Below the pieces are notes generated by a model, which searched no databases, was not told where the DNA came from, and saw only the letters and a program-made list of their open reading frames with translations. A program made the position numbers and the translations under genes. Positions 27,269 to 39,051 of a DNA stretch of 43,901 bases are shown in pieces (the first letter of the stretch is position 1; every line of letters begins with the position of its first letter). The stretch is from NCBI GenBank assembly GCA_025361465.1, contig JANYAG010000048.1:1-43901 (forward strand), written 5' to 3'. This stretch comes from Gemmatimonadota bacterium (GTDB lineage Bacteria; Gemmatimonadota; Gemmatimonadetes; Gemmatimonadales; GWC2-71-9).

Positions 27269-29278
27269 TCAGAAATAGCGCCACCAGTCCGGGTGCAGGT
27301 CAACAGTGAACGCGACCCGACCAGTCCGGAGCGCGAAGCCGCTCTCCAGTCGGACCAAGCGGCCCCAGAGGTCGAGCCGCAACCCTGCCGCCGCCTCGAT
27401 TCGCCCGGACGCCTGCCAGGGCAGCCCGGGCATCGGTCCGCCCGCGATCGCAGCACCTGCCACCAGGGACAACGCGCTGGGCAGGCGGAGGCGCAGGGGG
27501 TTCGCCAGCGGCGGCATGCCGATCGATACCGGCATCGCCCACGCCAGCTCGGCGCGAGCGCTGCGCCGCCCGCCAATCGACCGATCCGGCACGCCAACCA
27601 GCGATCCCCAGCCACCAAGCACGAACGAGCGATATGCCGGGAGGTCGGCCGTGCCGGCACCAAGATCGGCCTGGAAGACCAGCGCGTCGTGGCCGATCGG
27701 CAGGGTTCCCTGCCCCCCGATGGTCGCGCGACCCCACGACGACCCCGCGCGCCCGCCGTCAACGCCGACCGCCCACCCGTCGCCGGCGGCGTTGCGATGC
27801 CAGAACGCGAGACGACCGACCGTCGCAGCACCGACACCCAGCGCGGGATTGGGCCGCATCGTCCCGTCGAGTGCGACGAACGCCGCGGCGACCGAGCGTG
27901 ACCACTCGCGTCCCGCCTCCAGCGTGAGATTGCCGCCCGACAGCGTGGTGGCCAGCCGCACCCCGGCGTGTTCGATGAGGGTGTAGTCGCCGTGATCGCG
28001 ACCAGCGAACACCGTGGCGAGCGAGTTGACCATGCTGCTGATCACCGGCACATCGCCCACGTCCTGGATCACCCGGCCCGCAGAGAGCGTGATCGTCCCC
28101 TGGCGGTAGGCGCGCGTGAGCTCGACCTGTCCCACCACGCGATGATCCGACAACCCGATGCCGGCCTGACCGCGCGCGGTCACGGCCGCGCCAAGCGCCA
28201 GTCGGAGGCCAAAGCCGGGGGTGACGCCCTCGACACGATTGATGCGGAGGAAGTCGCCGAGACCGCGACCGAAGAAGCGCAGCCCCGGCAATCCGTCGAG
28301 AGAGCGGCCGAGGGCAAGGCGAGCGTCGCGCTGTGCCCGCTCGATGTCGGCGTCGTTCGCCGGCATGGTGGTGAGCAACCCGGCAAGTGGCCCATCCCAG
28401 GTGGCGCCGGGCGCCGGGCGACGCAGGCCGTCGATGGGCGCCCCCGTGAAACGATCGAACGGCGGCAAGGCGTCCTGCGCGTAGTCGTCGATTTCCCAGT
28501 CGCCGCGAATGACGGTCTGCCACGGCAGCTCGAGCAGCGGGCTCCCGCGCCGGATGGCGATCGACTGTCGCCACGGCAGCCAGCGGGCGCCTTCGCGCAG
28601 CGAATTCTCGAGGGTGACGGTGAGGTCGGCGACGGTCGCGTCGCGATACGAGGCCGGCGTAAAGGTGAAGCGGAAGCGCACCAGCGCCGCGCGATCGACA
28701 TCGAGGTAGAGCGTGCCGACGACGCCCGCTGCGTTGGCGTCGGCCGGCCGCACCGACACGGCCACCACGCGCACGCGGTCCCGGGCCGTGGCGATCACGA
28801 TGGTGTCGCCAATCGCGAAGCGATAATGCTCCAGCCCGGGCACGGAAAGCGGGTGGATGAGATCACGCACCTCGTCGCCGTCGCCGATCCGGATGGTGCC
28901 GCCGAAGTCGTTGGCGACGATGCCGAGATGGTCGCGGTGATACCGCATGGTGTTGGGAAGGAACGAGGTGTCGCGCCAGGCGACGATCACCTGCTTGGTG
29001 CGGCCCGGCCAGGCGCCGAAGACGTCCACGCGCAGTTCGTCGGCGCGCAGGACGCGCTCGATCTGGTTGGGCGCATCGCCGGTGAGGGAGGTGAAGCGCA
29101 CGATGCCGTGCGCACGGGCATGCCAGTTGGTGAAGGCCGAGTCGGCATCGCGCGACGATCGCTGCGCAGCGGCCCGGCGCACCAGGTCGATGCTGGTCCC
29201 CGGTGCCCACTGCTGTGCCGCAACCGGCCGCGCCGCCACCAGCAGGGCGCCCAGCGTCATGCCTGCCACCCACCGCAT
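27269..29278 (-). CDS. Putative outer-membrane beta-barrel protein (about 669 aa)
   Basis: Signal peptide MRWVAGMTLGALLVAARPVAA-QQ, RINRVEG segment, alternating beta-strand pattern, aromatic C-terminus HPDWWRYF; alternative start 29299. Confidence 0.75.
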   Translation of the reverse strand: MRWVAGMTLGALLVAARPVAAQQWAPGTSIDLVRRAAAQRSSRDADSAFTNWHARAHGIVRFTSLTGDAPNQIERVLRADELRVDVFGAWPGRTKQVIVAWRDTSFLPNTMRYHRDHLGIVANDFGGTIRIGDGDEVRDLIHPLSVPGLEHYRFAIGDTIVIATARDRVRVVAVSVRPADANAAGVVGTLYLDVDRAALVRFRFTFTPASYRDATVADLTVTLENSLREGARWLPWRQSIAIRRGSPLLELPWQTVIRGDWEIDDYAQDALPPFDRFTGAPIDGLRRPAPGATWDGPLAGLLTTMPANDADIERAQRDARLALGRSLDGLPGLRFFGRGLGDFLRINRVEGVTPGFGLRLALGAAVTARGQAGIGLSDHRVVGQVELTRAYRQGTITLSAGRVIQDVGDVPVISSMVNSLATVFAGRDHGDYTLIEHAGVRLATTLSGGNLTLEAGREWSRSVAAAFVALDGTMRPNPALGVGAATVGRLAFWHRNAAGDGWAVGVDGGRAGSSWGRATIGGQGTLPIGHDALVFQADLGAGTADLPAYRSFVLGGWGSLVGVPDRSIGGRRSARAELAWAMPVSIGMPPLANPLRLRLPSALSLVAGAAIAGGPMPGLPWQASGRIEAAAGLRLDLWGRLVRLESGFALRTGRVAFTVDLHPDWWRYF

Positions 29279-29401
29279 TCCAGACGCCTCCCCGAGCATG
29301 CCTGCAAGATGATCGGACGCCGCACGCAGCCGCCACACCCGGCACCGCACCATCCCCTTAGATTCGTCCCCTGAGCCCGGCATCACCGGTCCCCGATCAT
29401 T

Positions 29402-30010
29402 GTGAGCGTCGTGACCACTTTCCTGCGCCCGTTCGCCGCCCTGTCGCTCGCTCTCGTGACGACCACGGCGTGCCATCGCAACACCCTGATCGATCCGGGC
29501 GGGCCGCTGCCGGGGGCGACCCTGTATCGCAATCCGCCACTGGCGGTGGATCGCGTCTGGTTGGCCGAACTCGCCGGAACCACCCCGTCGGATACCACCG
29601 TCACCTTCGCGGCGAACTCCGGCCGGACCATCATCATGCGGCATGGCCCCCCCGACAACGCGATCTTCGCCATCATCGAGTTCGGACCCGGCGCCCTGAA
29701 GCCGCAGTCGGGTGCGATGGCGCAGGTGATCCTGCGCCCGGTGCCCGGCCGGGCCGGCGTCGAAGTGCTTACCCCCGACGTGTTCGGTGCCGGGGCCCGT
29801 GTCACGCTCTCCTATGCGGTCCACTTCCAGGCGCCCAGCAGTGCGCTGGCCAAGTTCGGCAGTGCCGGACGCTTTGAGGGGATGCTCGCGGCGGCGCGCA
29901 CACTGCCCGATGGCCGGCTCCAGTTCCTGAAGACCGATCGGCCCGCGGCCGACATGGTGCGGTTCGCCATCGATGCCTCGGCCATCTACCTCCTCGCCAC
30001 GCCCCGATGA
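29402..30010 (+). CDS. Hypothetical lipoprotein
   Basis: Hydrophobic signal ending in TTAC (lipobox-like); stop overlaps the trpE ATG (ATGA). Confidence 0.7.
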   Translation: MSVVTTFLRPFAALSLALVTTTACHRNTLIDPGGPLPGATLYRNPPLAVDRVWLAELAGTTPSDTTVTFAANSGRTIIMRHGPPDNAIFAIIEFGPGALKPQSGAMAQVILRPVPGRAGVEVLTPDVFGAGARVTLSYAVHFQAPSSALAKFGSAGRFEGMLAAARTLPDGRLQFLKTDRPAADMVRFAIDASAIYLLATPR

Positions 30011-31503
30011 GCGACACCTTCCAGCGGTGTCGCGACGCTGCCCGGCAGGGATGCACCCGGGTCCCGCTGACGCGCGAAGTCGTGCTCGACGGCGACACGC
30101 CGGTCTCCGCATTCGCCAAGCTGCATCGCGGCGCCTACGGCTTCCTGCTCGAATCGCTCGAGGGCGGCGAGCGCTGGGCCCGCTACTCGTTCCTCGCCAC
30201 CGAACCGGCCGCGGTGTATCGCTACCACGGCCGCCGGGTCCAGCGACTCCTGGACGATGGGTCGTGGATGGGGAAGGAACACCAGGAGGCGCCCCTCGCT
30301 CACTTGGCCGAGCTGCTGCGCACCGATCGCTCGCTGGAAGTCGCCGGCTTGCCCCCGTTCACCGGGGGCGCGGTCGGCTTCTGGGGGTACGATGTGGTGC
30401 GGACGATCGAATCGCTCCCCCATGCCCCCCGCGACGATCGCGCGCTACCCGATGCGGTGGTGATGGTGGTGGACACCCTGCTGGTGCTCGACAACCTCTT
30501 CCATCGTGCCACCGTCATCGCCAACGTCACGGTGTCACCCGACCTCACCGACGGCGAACTCGTTCGGCGGATCGCCGCGGCCGAAGCGCAGATGGCGAGC
30601 TGGCTCGCGCGGCTGGCTGCGCCGAACACCCTGACTCCGCTGGCGCTGAAGCCGGGCGTGCGCGTCGCGGCGGCCACCTCGCCGTACGCCGATGCGCGCT
30701 TCCGCGCCGATGTCGATCGCTGCAAGGCGTACATCGCCGCCGGCGATGCCTTCCAGATCGTGCTGTCGCGACGGCTCGACGTGCGACCCGCGCCGGATCC
30801 GTTCCTGACCTATCGCTGGCTGCGCGCCCTCAACCCGGCGCCGTACTGCTATTTCCTCCGGCTCGGCGACCTCACCATCGCCGGCGCCTCACCCGAGGTG
30901 CTGGTGCGGGTCGTCCACGACGAAATCACCCTGCGGCCGATCGCCGGAACCCGACCGCGCGGAATGACGCCCGAGGCGGATGCCGCACACGAGGCCTCGC
31001 TGCGCGCCGATCCCAAGGAAGTGGCCGAGCACCTGATGCTGGTGGACCTGGGCCGGAATGATGTCGGTCGCGTGGCGGAATACGGGTCGGTGCGCGTGGT
31101 GGAGCAGATGGTGGTGGAGCGCTACTCCCACGTGATGCACCTGGTGAGCGAAGTGCGCGGACAGTTGCGCGCCGGACTCGACGCCCTCGATGCCCTCGCC
31201 GCGGCCTTCCCGGCCGGGACGGTGAGCGGCGCCCCCAAGGTGCGCGCCATGCAGATCATCGATGAACTCGAGCCGACGCGGCGCGGTCCCTACGCCGGTG
31301 CGGTCGGATACGTCGGCTTCGGCGCGCGCACGCTCGACACCGCGATCGCGATCCGCACGGTGGTTTTTTCGGGCGACACGGCCAGCGTGCAGGCCGGCGC
31401 GGGACTGGTGACCGATTCGGTGCCCGACACGGAGTTCAAGGAAACGGCGGCGAAGGCGGGGGCGGTGCTGGCGGCGCTGGGGCGAGCTATCGCCCATCGA
31501 TGA
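30007..31503 (+). CDS. trpE: Anthranilate synthase component I
   Basis: FLLESLEGGERWARYSF, GDAFQIVLS, NPAPY, PIAGTRPRG, EHLMLVDLGRND, YSHVMHLVS, FPAGTVSGAPKVRAM; PabB is not fully excluded. Confidence 0.88.
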   Translation: MSDTFQRCRDAARQGCTRVPLTREVVLDGDTPVSAFAKLHRGAYGFLLESLEGGERWARYSFLATEPAAVYRYHGRRVQRLLDDGSWMGKEHQEAPLAHLAELLRTDRSLEVAGLPPFTGGAVGFWGYDVVRTIESLPHAPRDDRALPDAVVMVVDTLLVLDNLFHRATVIANVTVSPDLTDGELVRRIAAAEAQMASWLARLAAPNTLTPLALKPGVRVAAATSPYADARFRADVDRCKAYIAAGDAFQIVLSRRLDVRPAPDPFLTYRWLRALNPAPYCYFLRLGDLTIAGASPEVLVRVVHDEITLRPIAGTRPRGMTPEADAAHEASLRADPKEVAEHLMLVDLGRNDVGRVAEYGSVRVVEQMVVERYSHVMHLVSEVRGQLRAGLDALDALAAAFPAGTVSGAPKVRAMQIIDELEPTRRGPYAGAVGYVGFGARTLDTAIAIRTVVFSGDTASVQAGAGLVTDSVPDTEFKETAAKAGAVLAALGRAIAHR

Positions 31504-31518
31504 TCGAGATTTCACGGA

Positions 31519-31603
31519 GTCGCCCTGAGCGAAGCGAAGGGTTTGCGTGGTCGAGCTTCACCGAAGACCCGCCACGCGAATCCTTCGCTTCGCTCAGGAT
31601 GAC
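31519..31603. repeat. REP-like imperfect palindrome (32-bp arms) between convergent trpE and maf
   Basis: Arms 31519-31550 and 31572-31603 are reverse complements at 28 of 32 positions; a 22-nt exact arm copy recurs at 40382-40403. Confidence 0.85.
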
Positions 31604-32196
31604 CCTTGCCGAGGACTACTCAGCTCGCATCTCGCAAACCGATACGGAAACCCCGCCTCCTCCAGCAGCTGCAGCACCAGCCTCACCGGCAGCCCCATCA
31701 CCCCGAAGAAATCGCCGTCGATCCGTTCCACCAGCGCAGCGCCCCAGCCCTGGATGCCATACGCCCCCGCCTTGTCGAGCGGCTCGCCCGTGGCGATGTA
31801 GTCGCGCAGGAAGTCTTCGCTGCACGGACGGAACGTGACGCGGGTTTCGTCGATGGCGACCCGCTCGACCGCATCGGCGATCAGGCAGATGGCGGTGACC
31901 ACGGTGTGGGTGCGCCCCTGCAGCGCCGTCAGCATGCGGAGCGCGTCGGCGTCGTCCACCGGTTTCTCGAGCAGCTGGTCGTCGAGTACCACGGTGGTGT
32001 CGGCACCGAGCACCAGTCGCCCCGGCACCGCGCGCGCCTTGTCGCGTGCAAGCCGACGCGTGTAGGCCCGCGGGTCCTCGCCCGGCATGGGCGTCTCCAG
32101 CACGTCGGCGGCGCTCACCAGCAGCGGGATGCCGAGCATCTCGAGCAGTTGCCGCCGGCGCGGTGAGGCGGACGCAAGCACCAGGGCGGGCATCAT
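31594..32196 (-). CDS. maf: Maf-family nucleoside triphosphate pyrophosphatase
   Basis: [44 protein letters not shown]. Confidence 0.94.
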   Translation of the reverse strand: MMPALVLASASPRRRQLLEMLGIPLLVSAADVLETPMPGEDPRAYTRRLARDKARAVPGRLVLGADTTVVLDDQLLEKPVDDADALRMLTALQGRTHTVVTAICLIADAVERVAIDETRVTFRPCSEDFLRDYIATGEPLDKAGAYGIQGWGAALVERIDGDFFGVMGLPVRLVLQLLEEAGFPYRFARCELSSPRQGSS

Positions 32197-32639
32197 GCCG
32201 CGTTCCGCTCGAGCTGGAGGGTGACCGGCCCGTCATTGGTGAGCGTCACCTGCATGTCGGCCCCGAACTCGCCGGAGGCGACCGTGGCGCCGCGAGCCGT
32301 GAGGGCGGCGAGGAAGGCTTCATAGAGGGGAATCGCAATTTCCGGCCGCGCCGCGTCGATGAACGAGGGCCGCCGCCCCTTGGCGGTGTCGCCGTAGAGG
32401 GTGAACTGCGAGATGACCAGGATCGCCCCGCCCACCGCCGCGAGATCGAGGTTCATCTTCCCCTCGGCATCGCTGAAGAGCCGCAGTCCGACAATCTTGT
32501 CGGCCAGCCACTGCACTTCGGCCTCGGTGTCCGCCGCCGTAAACCCCACCAGGACCATGACGCCACGACCGATCGCTCCCCGAGTCTCCCCGTGGATCGT
32601 GACCTTGGCTTCCGACACTCGCTGCAGGATGACGCGCAT
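32193..32639 (-). CDS. dtd: D-aminoacyl-tRNA deacylase
   Basis: [35 protein letters not shown]. Confidence 0.96.
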   Translation of the reverse strand: MRVILQRVSEAKVTIHGETRGAIGRGVMVLVGFTAADTEAEVQWLADKIVGLRLFSDAEGKMNLDLAAVGGAILVISQFTLYGDTAKGRRPSFIDAARPEIAIPLYEAFLAALTARGATVASGEFGADMQVTLTNDGPVTLQLERNAA

Positions 32640-32759
32640 GGCCGAAGAAGGTAATCGCGGCAGGCGGGTGTGGCCGAGCGTCGCGCGGTCCCGAAGATGG
32701 TTGAGGGAGCGTTGATACCGCCCGGCGATCCTTCCGCCTCCCCCTGTCGGAGGCGGTGC

Positions 32760-33356
32760 ATGCGTACCCTGTGGATGTCCCTGCTGCTCCTTGTCCCCCT
32801 GCACCCCGCGGCTGCGCAATGGCGCCTCACGGTGCTCCACGGCACCGCCGCGGTGTCCGGTTACTCACGTGATGAGAGCAGCCCCGATCACCCGTCCTTT
32901 CTTCCCGACCGTCCGACCAGCGACATCGTCGCCATCGGTCGCGACCTCGGGCACGGTCGCCTCACCGTCGAGCTGCGGCGGACCAGCGCTGATCTCACCC
33001 TGCGGGGCCCGGGCACCGCGATCGTCACCCGCGGTGCGCTGCACGCCTGGGGCGCGGGCGTCGAAGGCGCACGACGCCTCGCCGGCGTGGCCGGCCGACC
33101 CACACTGCACGCCGGACTCGGCCTGCTGGTGGAGCGCTGGGACTTTGCCGTCGACGCCAACGGCGCCCGCTGGCGCGTGGCCGGGCGCGGCGCCCTCGAG
33201 GTGGGATTGCCGATTACCAGACGATGGCAGGGCGTCGTGCGTGGCGAGGTGACGGCCAGTCCGTCGGTCTTTGCGGCGGAGGAGCTGCCGGGAGGCTACG
33301 TCAGAAGACTGGGGTGGCGACGCGGGATGGAGATCGGCGTGGGGTGGAGATGGTAG
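32760..33356 (+). CDS. Putative small outer-membrane beta-barrel protein
   Basis: GGAGG RBS; signal peptide [20 protein letters not shown]; amphipathic strands; C-terminal IGVGWRW. Confidence 0.7.
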   Translation: MRTLWMSLLLLVPLHPAAAQWRLTVLHGTAAVSGYSRDESSPDHPSFLPDRPTSDIVAIGRDLGHGRLTVELRRTSADLTLRGPGTAIVTRGALHAWGAGVEGARRLAGVAGRPTLHAGLGLLVERWDFAVDANGARWRVAGRGALEVGLPITRRWQGVVRGEVTASPSVFAAEELPGGYVRRLGWRRGMEIGVGWRW

Positions 33357-33360
33357 GATT

Positions 33361-33414
33361 GAGAAGGGAGAAGGGAGAAGGGAGAAGCGGGAGGTCCCAC
33401 ACTCTCTCTTCTCC
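33361..33414. repeat. Heptamer tandem repeat (GAGAAGG)3-GAGAAGC with a complementary tract forming a hairpin between convergent genes
   Basis: Units start at 33361, 33368, 33375 and 33382; GGAGAAG(33381-87) pairs with CTTCTCC(33408-14). Confidence 0.75.
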
Positions 33415-33416
33415 TG

Positions 33417-35243
<1,827 letters not shown>

Positions 35244-35273
35244 TCCTGCCTCGTTCGTTGTGCCCGGCGGCGT

Positions 35274-36635
35274 TCAGCGCGCGGCGCGCGCCTTGGCGAC
35301 CAGGGCTTCTGCTGCTGCCGCCGTGGGCGCCTCGGCAATCAGCCGGACGATCGGCTCGGTGCCCGAGGGCCGCACATGCAGCCAGCGATCGGACCAGGCC
35401 AGCCGCAGGCCATCCCGCGTATCCGGCTCGGCGTCGGGAAAGATCTCCCGCAGCCTCTGGTAGAGCTGCCCCAGGTCACCGCCGCGGGGGGCCTTCGCCT
35501 TGACGATCACGTATCTCGGCGCCGAGGCCACCAGCTGCGACAGCCGTTTCCCCGAGGTGGCCAGATGTTGCAAGATGAGGGCCGCACCCAGGGGGGCATC
35601 CCGCCCGATGTGCAGGGCCGGCAGGATCACCCCGCCATTCCCCTCCCCGCCAATCAGGGCCCGCTCATCCTTGATGGTCCGGGCCACGTTGGCCTCTCCC
35701 ACCGGCGCCCGGACAAACCGCGCCCCGCCCTCCCGGGCGGCGTCTTCCACCACCAGGGACGTCGAGAGGTTGGCCACCACCACAGGCAGTTTGGCGGCCT
35801 TCCCCTGCCGGGCCAGGACGGCCCGGACGGCCAGGGCCAGGGTGTAGTCCTCGCCAATCGGCGTCCCGGTCTCGTCGACCAGGGCCAGGCGATCGACGTC
35901 CGGGTCCACCGCCATGCCGATGTCGGCACCGGTCCGGCGGACCAGGTCGCCCAAGGCACCGAGGTTCTCGGGGATCGGCTCCGGTTCGCGCGGGAAGCGC
36001 CCATCCGTCTCGAGGTTGATCCCGTCCACCTTCACCGCGAGGCGATCGAATAGCGCCATCATGGTCGGGCCACCTGCGCCGCGCACGCAGTCGAGCGCCA
36101 CGTGGAACTTCCGCTGGCGGATCGGTTCGGCGTCGATCATCGGCAGGGCGAAGATCGCATCGAGGTGTCGGGCGACCGCCTCGCCATCACTGCGCAGTTG
36201 CCCGATGGTGTCCCACCCGGCCCGCGGCGGGCCGACCTCAGCGAGCCGTCGCACTTCCGCACCGGTCGCCGCGTCGAGGAAGATCCCGTCGGGCCCGACG
36301 AACTTGAGTGCATTCCACTCGATCGGATTGTGACTGGCCGTGAGAATCAACCCGGCACCGGCGTGGTGGTACTCGACCGCCATCTGCACCGTGGGGGTGG
36401 GCGCGATGCCGACGTCGATCACGTCCACGCCCACGGACTGGAATCCGGCAGTGGCGGCGTGCGTGAACATCGCCCCCGAGGTCCGCGCATCGCGGCCGAG
36501 GACGACACAGGTGCCGCCGCTGGCGCGCACCCAGGCGCCGAGGGCGGCCGCGTGGCGCGCGACCAGTTCAGGGGTCAGGTCGGTGCCGACGTGCCCGCGA
36601 AGTCCGGACACGGAGATCATCAGCGTTTCTGACAT
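35274..36635 (-). CDS. glmM: Phosphoglucosamine mutase / phosphohexomutase
   Basis: TASHNP phosphoserine loop, DPDVDR metal loop, GGEGNGG, HVRPSGTEPIVR; directly upstream of glmS. Confidence 0.85.
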   Translation of the reverse strand: MSETLMISVSGLRGHVGTDLTPELVARHAAALGAWVRASGGTCVVLGRDARTSGAMFTHAATAGFQSVGVDVIDVGIAPTPTVQMAVEYHHAGAGLILTASHNPIEWNALKFVGPDGIFLDAATGAEVRRLAEVGPPRAGWDTIGQLRSDGEAVARHLDAIFALPMIDAEPIRQRKFHVALDCVRGAGGPTMMALFDRLAVKVDGINLETDGRFPREPEPIPENLGALGDLVRRTGADIGMAVDPDVDRLALVDETGTPIGEDYTLALAVRAVLARQGKAAKLPVVVANLSTSLVVEDAAREGGARFVRAPVGEANVARTIKDERALIGGEGNGGVILPALHIGRDAPLGAALILQHLATSGKRLSQLVASAPRYVIVKAKAPRGGDLGQLYQRLREIFPDAEPDTRDGLRLAWSDRWLHVRPSGTEPIVRLIAEAPTAAAAEALVAKARAAR

Positions 36636-36788
36636 TCGGGCAGCCACCGTCGGGGGACAGGGTCAGTGCTCGGGCACAGCGATCCAGCGCGGAAGCTATT
36701 GCCGCGGGCAGGGGGCGACAATGCCGCGGTGGCTTGCTCCAAGTTGCGGCGCTGCATAACCTTCCGCCTCCTCTCGCCCGGTTCGATC

Positions 36789-37958
36789 ATGACTCGAGTT
36801 GCCAACGCAGATTCCGCCCACCGCCTCGCCACCCTGGCCGTCCATGCCGGCATCGATCACGAGCCACTGGCCGGTGCGGTCATGCCGCCGATCTACCAGA
36901 CCTCGACCTACATGCAGGACCGGCTGGGCGCGCCACACGCCGGCTTCGAATACGCCCGCACGCGCAATCCGACCCGCGAGGTGCTGGAGCGCAACCTCGC
37001 CACGCTCGAGGGCGGGACGCACGGCTTCGCCTTCGGATCGGGACTCGCCGCCCTCGACACCGTGCTCAAGCTGCTCAACGCCGGCGATCATGTCGTGGTG
37101 GGCAACAACATCTACGGCGGCAGTCATCGGCTGATGGAGCGGGTCTACCAGCGCTTCGGCGTCGAGTTCTCGTTCGTGGACATGCGCGACATGAAGAAGG
37201 TCGAGGCGTCAATCCGCAAGACGACCAAGCTGCTCTACTGCGAGACGCCGACCAACCCGATGATGTTCCTTGCCGATCTCCGCGCCCTGGGCGACATCAC
37301 CCAGGCGCTCGGCATCCTCTTCGTCGTCGACAACACCTTTGCGACGCCGGTACTGCAGCGGCCGATCACGTTCGGCGCCGACATCGTGCTCCATTCCACC
37401 ACCAAGTATCTCAACGGCCACTCCGACATGGTTGGCGGCGCCCTCGTCACCAGTCGCGACGACCTCGCCGAGCGAATCGGCTTCCTGCAGAACGCCGCCG
37501 GCGGCGTGCCGGGCCCGTTCGATTGCTGGCTCGCGGTGCGCGGGATCAAGACGCTGCCGCTCCGGATGCGCGCCCACTGCGAGAGCGCGATGCACCTGGC
37601 CACCTGGCTGAGTGGACGGAAGGACGTCCAGAAGGTCTACTACCCGGGTCTCCCCGATCATCCGCAGTTCGAGCTGGCGCGCCGGCAGATGAACAACTTC
37701 GGCGGAATGATCTCGCTCGAGCTCGGCGACGTGGCGCGCGCCAAGCGGATGGTGGAAGCGACCAGGATCTTCGCACTGGCCGAATCGCTCGGCGGCGTCG
37801 AGAGCCTGATCGGCCACCCCGCCTCGATGACCCACGCCTCGGTGCCCAAGGCGATGCGCGACGAGATGGGGCTGACCGATTCGCTGGTGCGCCTCTCGGT
37901 CGGCATCGAGGATGTGGACGACCTGATGCGCGACCTGGACCAGGCGCTGGCGGCCTGA
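36789..37958 (+). CDS. PLP-dependent cystathionine gamma-lyase/synthase (Cys/Met metabolism family)
   Basis: PPIYQTSTY, YARTRNPTR, ETPTNP, VDNTFATP, HSTTKYLNGHSD, AESLGGVESL, LVRLSVGIED. Confidence 0.93.
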   Translation: MTRVANADSAHRLATLAVHAGIDHEPLAGAVMPPIYQTSTYMQDRLGAPHAGFEYARTRNPTREVLERNLATLEGGTHGFAFGSGLAALDTVLKLLNAGDHVVVGNNIYGGSHRLMERVYQRFGVEFSFVDMRDMKKVEASIRKTTKLLYCETPTNPMMFLADLRALGDITQALGILFVVDNTFATPVLQRPITFGADIVLHSTTKYLNGHSDMVGGALVTSRDDLAERIGFLQNAAGGVPGPFDCWLAVRGIKTLPLRMRAHCESAMHLATWLSGRKDVQKVYYPGLPDHPQFELARRQMNNFGGMISLELGDVARAKRMVEATRIFALAESLGGVESLIGHPASMTHASVPKAMRDEMGLTDSLVRLSVGIEDVDDLMRDLDQALAA

Positions 37959-38025
37959 CGATGCATGCTGAAACAGGACCGGGACTTTTCCGTAGGTTCG
38001 GATATCCCCTACTGGTGAGCCACCG

Positions 38026-39051
38026 ATGACCAACCTGCCCGCTGCCCGTCCCCGCGTCGCCCTGCCCGAGATTTCGGGCGTCTCGTGGGAACATCCGGCG
38101 GACCGTGCCGCCCTGCAGGCCCTCCGCGCCATCCCCGGGGTCGATGAAGTCATCCGGAAGATCCTCGGCTTCTTCGGTGGCGAGGAGGGGATCCGGCTCT
38201 TCTTCCAGGGCAACGCAGTGCGGGTGGGGCCGACGCAGTTCCCGCGGCTCTGGGGCCTGCACATCGAGAACTGCGCCACCTTCGGGTGGGAGAAGGTCCC
38301 TGAGCTCTACGTCACCCAGGAACCGATCTTCAACGCCGGCGCGTATGGCATCGAGAATCCGTTCATCGTCATTCACTCCTCGGCGTTCGAGCTGCTGGAT
38401 GACGACGAGATGCGGGTGCTGCTGTCGCACGAACTCGGGCACGTGATCAGCGGTCATTCGCTCTACACCACCATCGCGATGATCATGACGCTGGTATCGC
38501 TGGGCGCGTTGCCGATGCTCGCCGCGATGGTGCTGCTGCCGGTGCGGCTCGCCTTCCTCGAGTGGTCGCGCAAGTCGGAGCTGTCGGCCGATCGCGCCGG
38601 GCTGCTCGGCTCGCAGGACCTTGCAGCGACGATGCGGCTCTTCATGAAGATGGCCGGCGGCGGCAACACCGCGAACATCCGCCCGGGGGACCTCAACCTC
38701 GAGCCGTTCGTGCAGCAGGCCAACGAGTATGCGGTCAACGAGAAGCTCACCAACCTGATCTGGAAGATCCTCAATACGCTGAACCTGTCGCACCCGATGA
38801 ACGTGGTGCGCGCGGCCGAAGTACAGCGCTGGGTGCAGGCGGGCGGGTATGATCGGATCATCCGGGGCGAGTATGTCCGCCGCGGCACCGAGGAGCAGGA
38901 GCGTCCCTTCCGTGACGATCTCCGCGACGCGGCCAAGCATTACGGCGACGAGTTCAAGAGCGCAGCCGAGGACATCAGGAACGCCGCGAAGCGCGCCGCG
39001 AGTCGGGCCAAGGATGCCTACAACGAGGCGAAGGAGAAACACGGCACGTGA
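38026..39051 (+). CDS. M48-family zinc metallopeptidase
   Basis: WEHPAD, NAGAYG, HELGH (HExxH), ELSADRAG, SHP. Confidence 0.88.
   Translation: MTNLPAARPRVALPEISGVSWEHPADRAALQALRAIPGVDEVIRKILGFFGGEEGIRLFFQGNAVRVGPTQFPRLWGLHIENCATFGWEKVPELYVTQEPIFNAGAYGIENPFIVIHSSAFELLDDDEMRVLLSHELGHVISGHSLYTTIAMIMTLVSLGALPMLAAMVLLPVRLAFLEWSRKSELSADRAGLLGSQDLAATMRLFMKMAGGGNTANIRPGDLNLEPFVQQANEYAVNEKLTNLIWKILNTLNLSHPMNVVRAAEVQRWVQAGGYDRIIRGEYVRRGTEEQERPFRDDLRDAAKHYGDEFKSAAEDIRNAAKRAASRAKDAYNEAKEKHGT

Noticed and set aside
29300-30112. N-terminal extension making the outer-membrane protein 947 aa
   Set aside because: It overlaps the opposite-strand lipoprotein and trpE; the signal peptide begins at 29278.
31500-31838. 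112-aa ORF overlapping the trpE stop
   Set aside because: It consists of the REP-like palindrome and antisense maf sequence.
35244-35273. glmS ribozyme
   Set aside because: Only 30 nt separate glmM and glmS, too short for the ribozyme.
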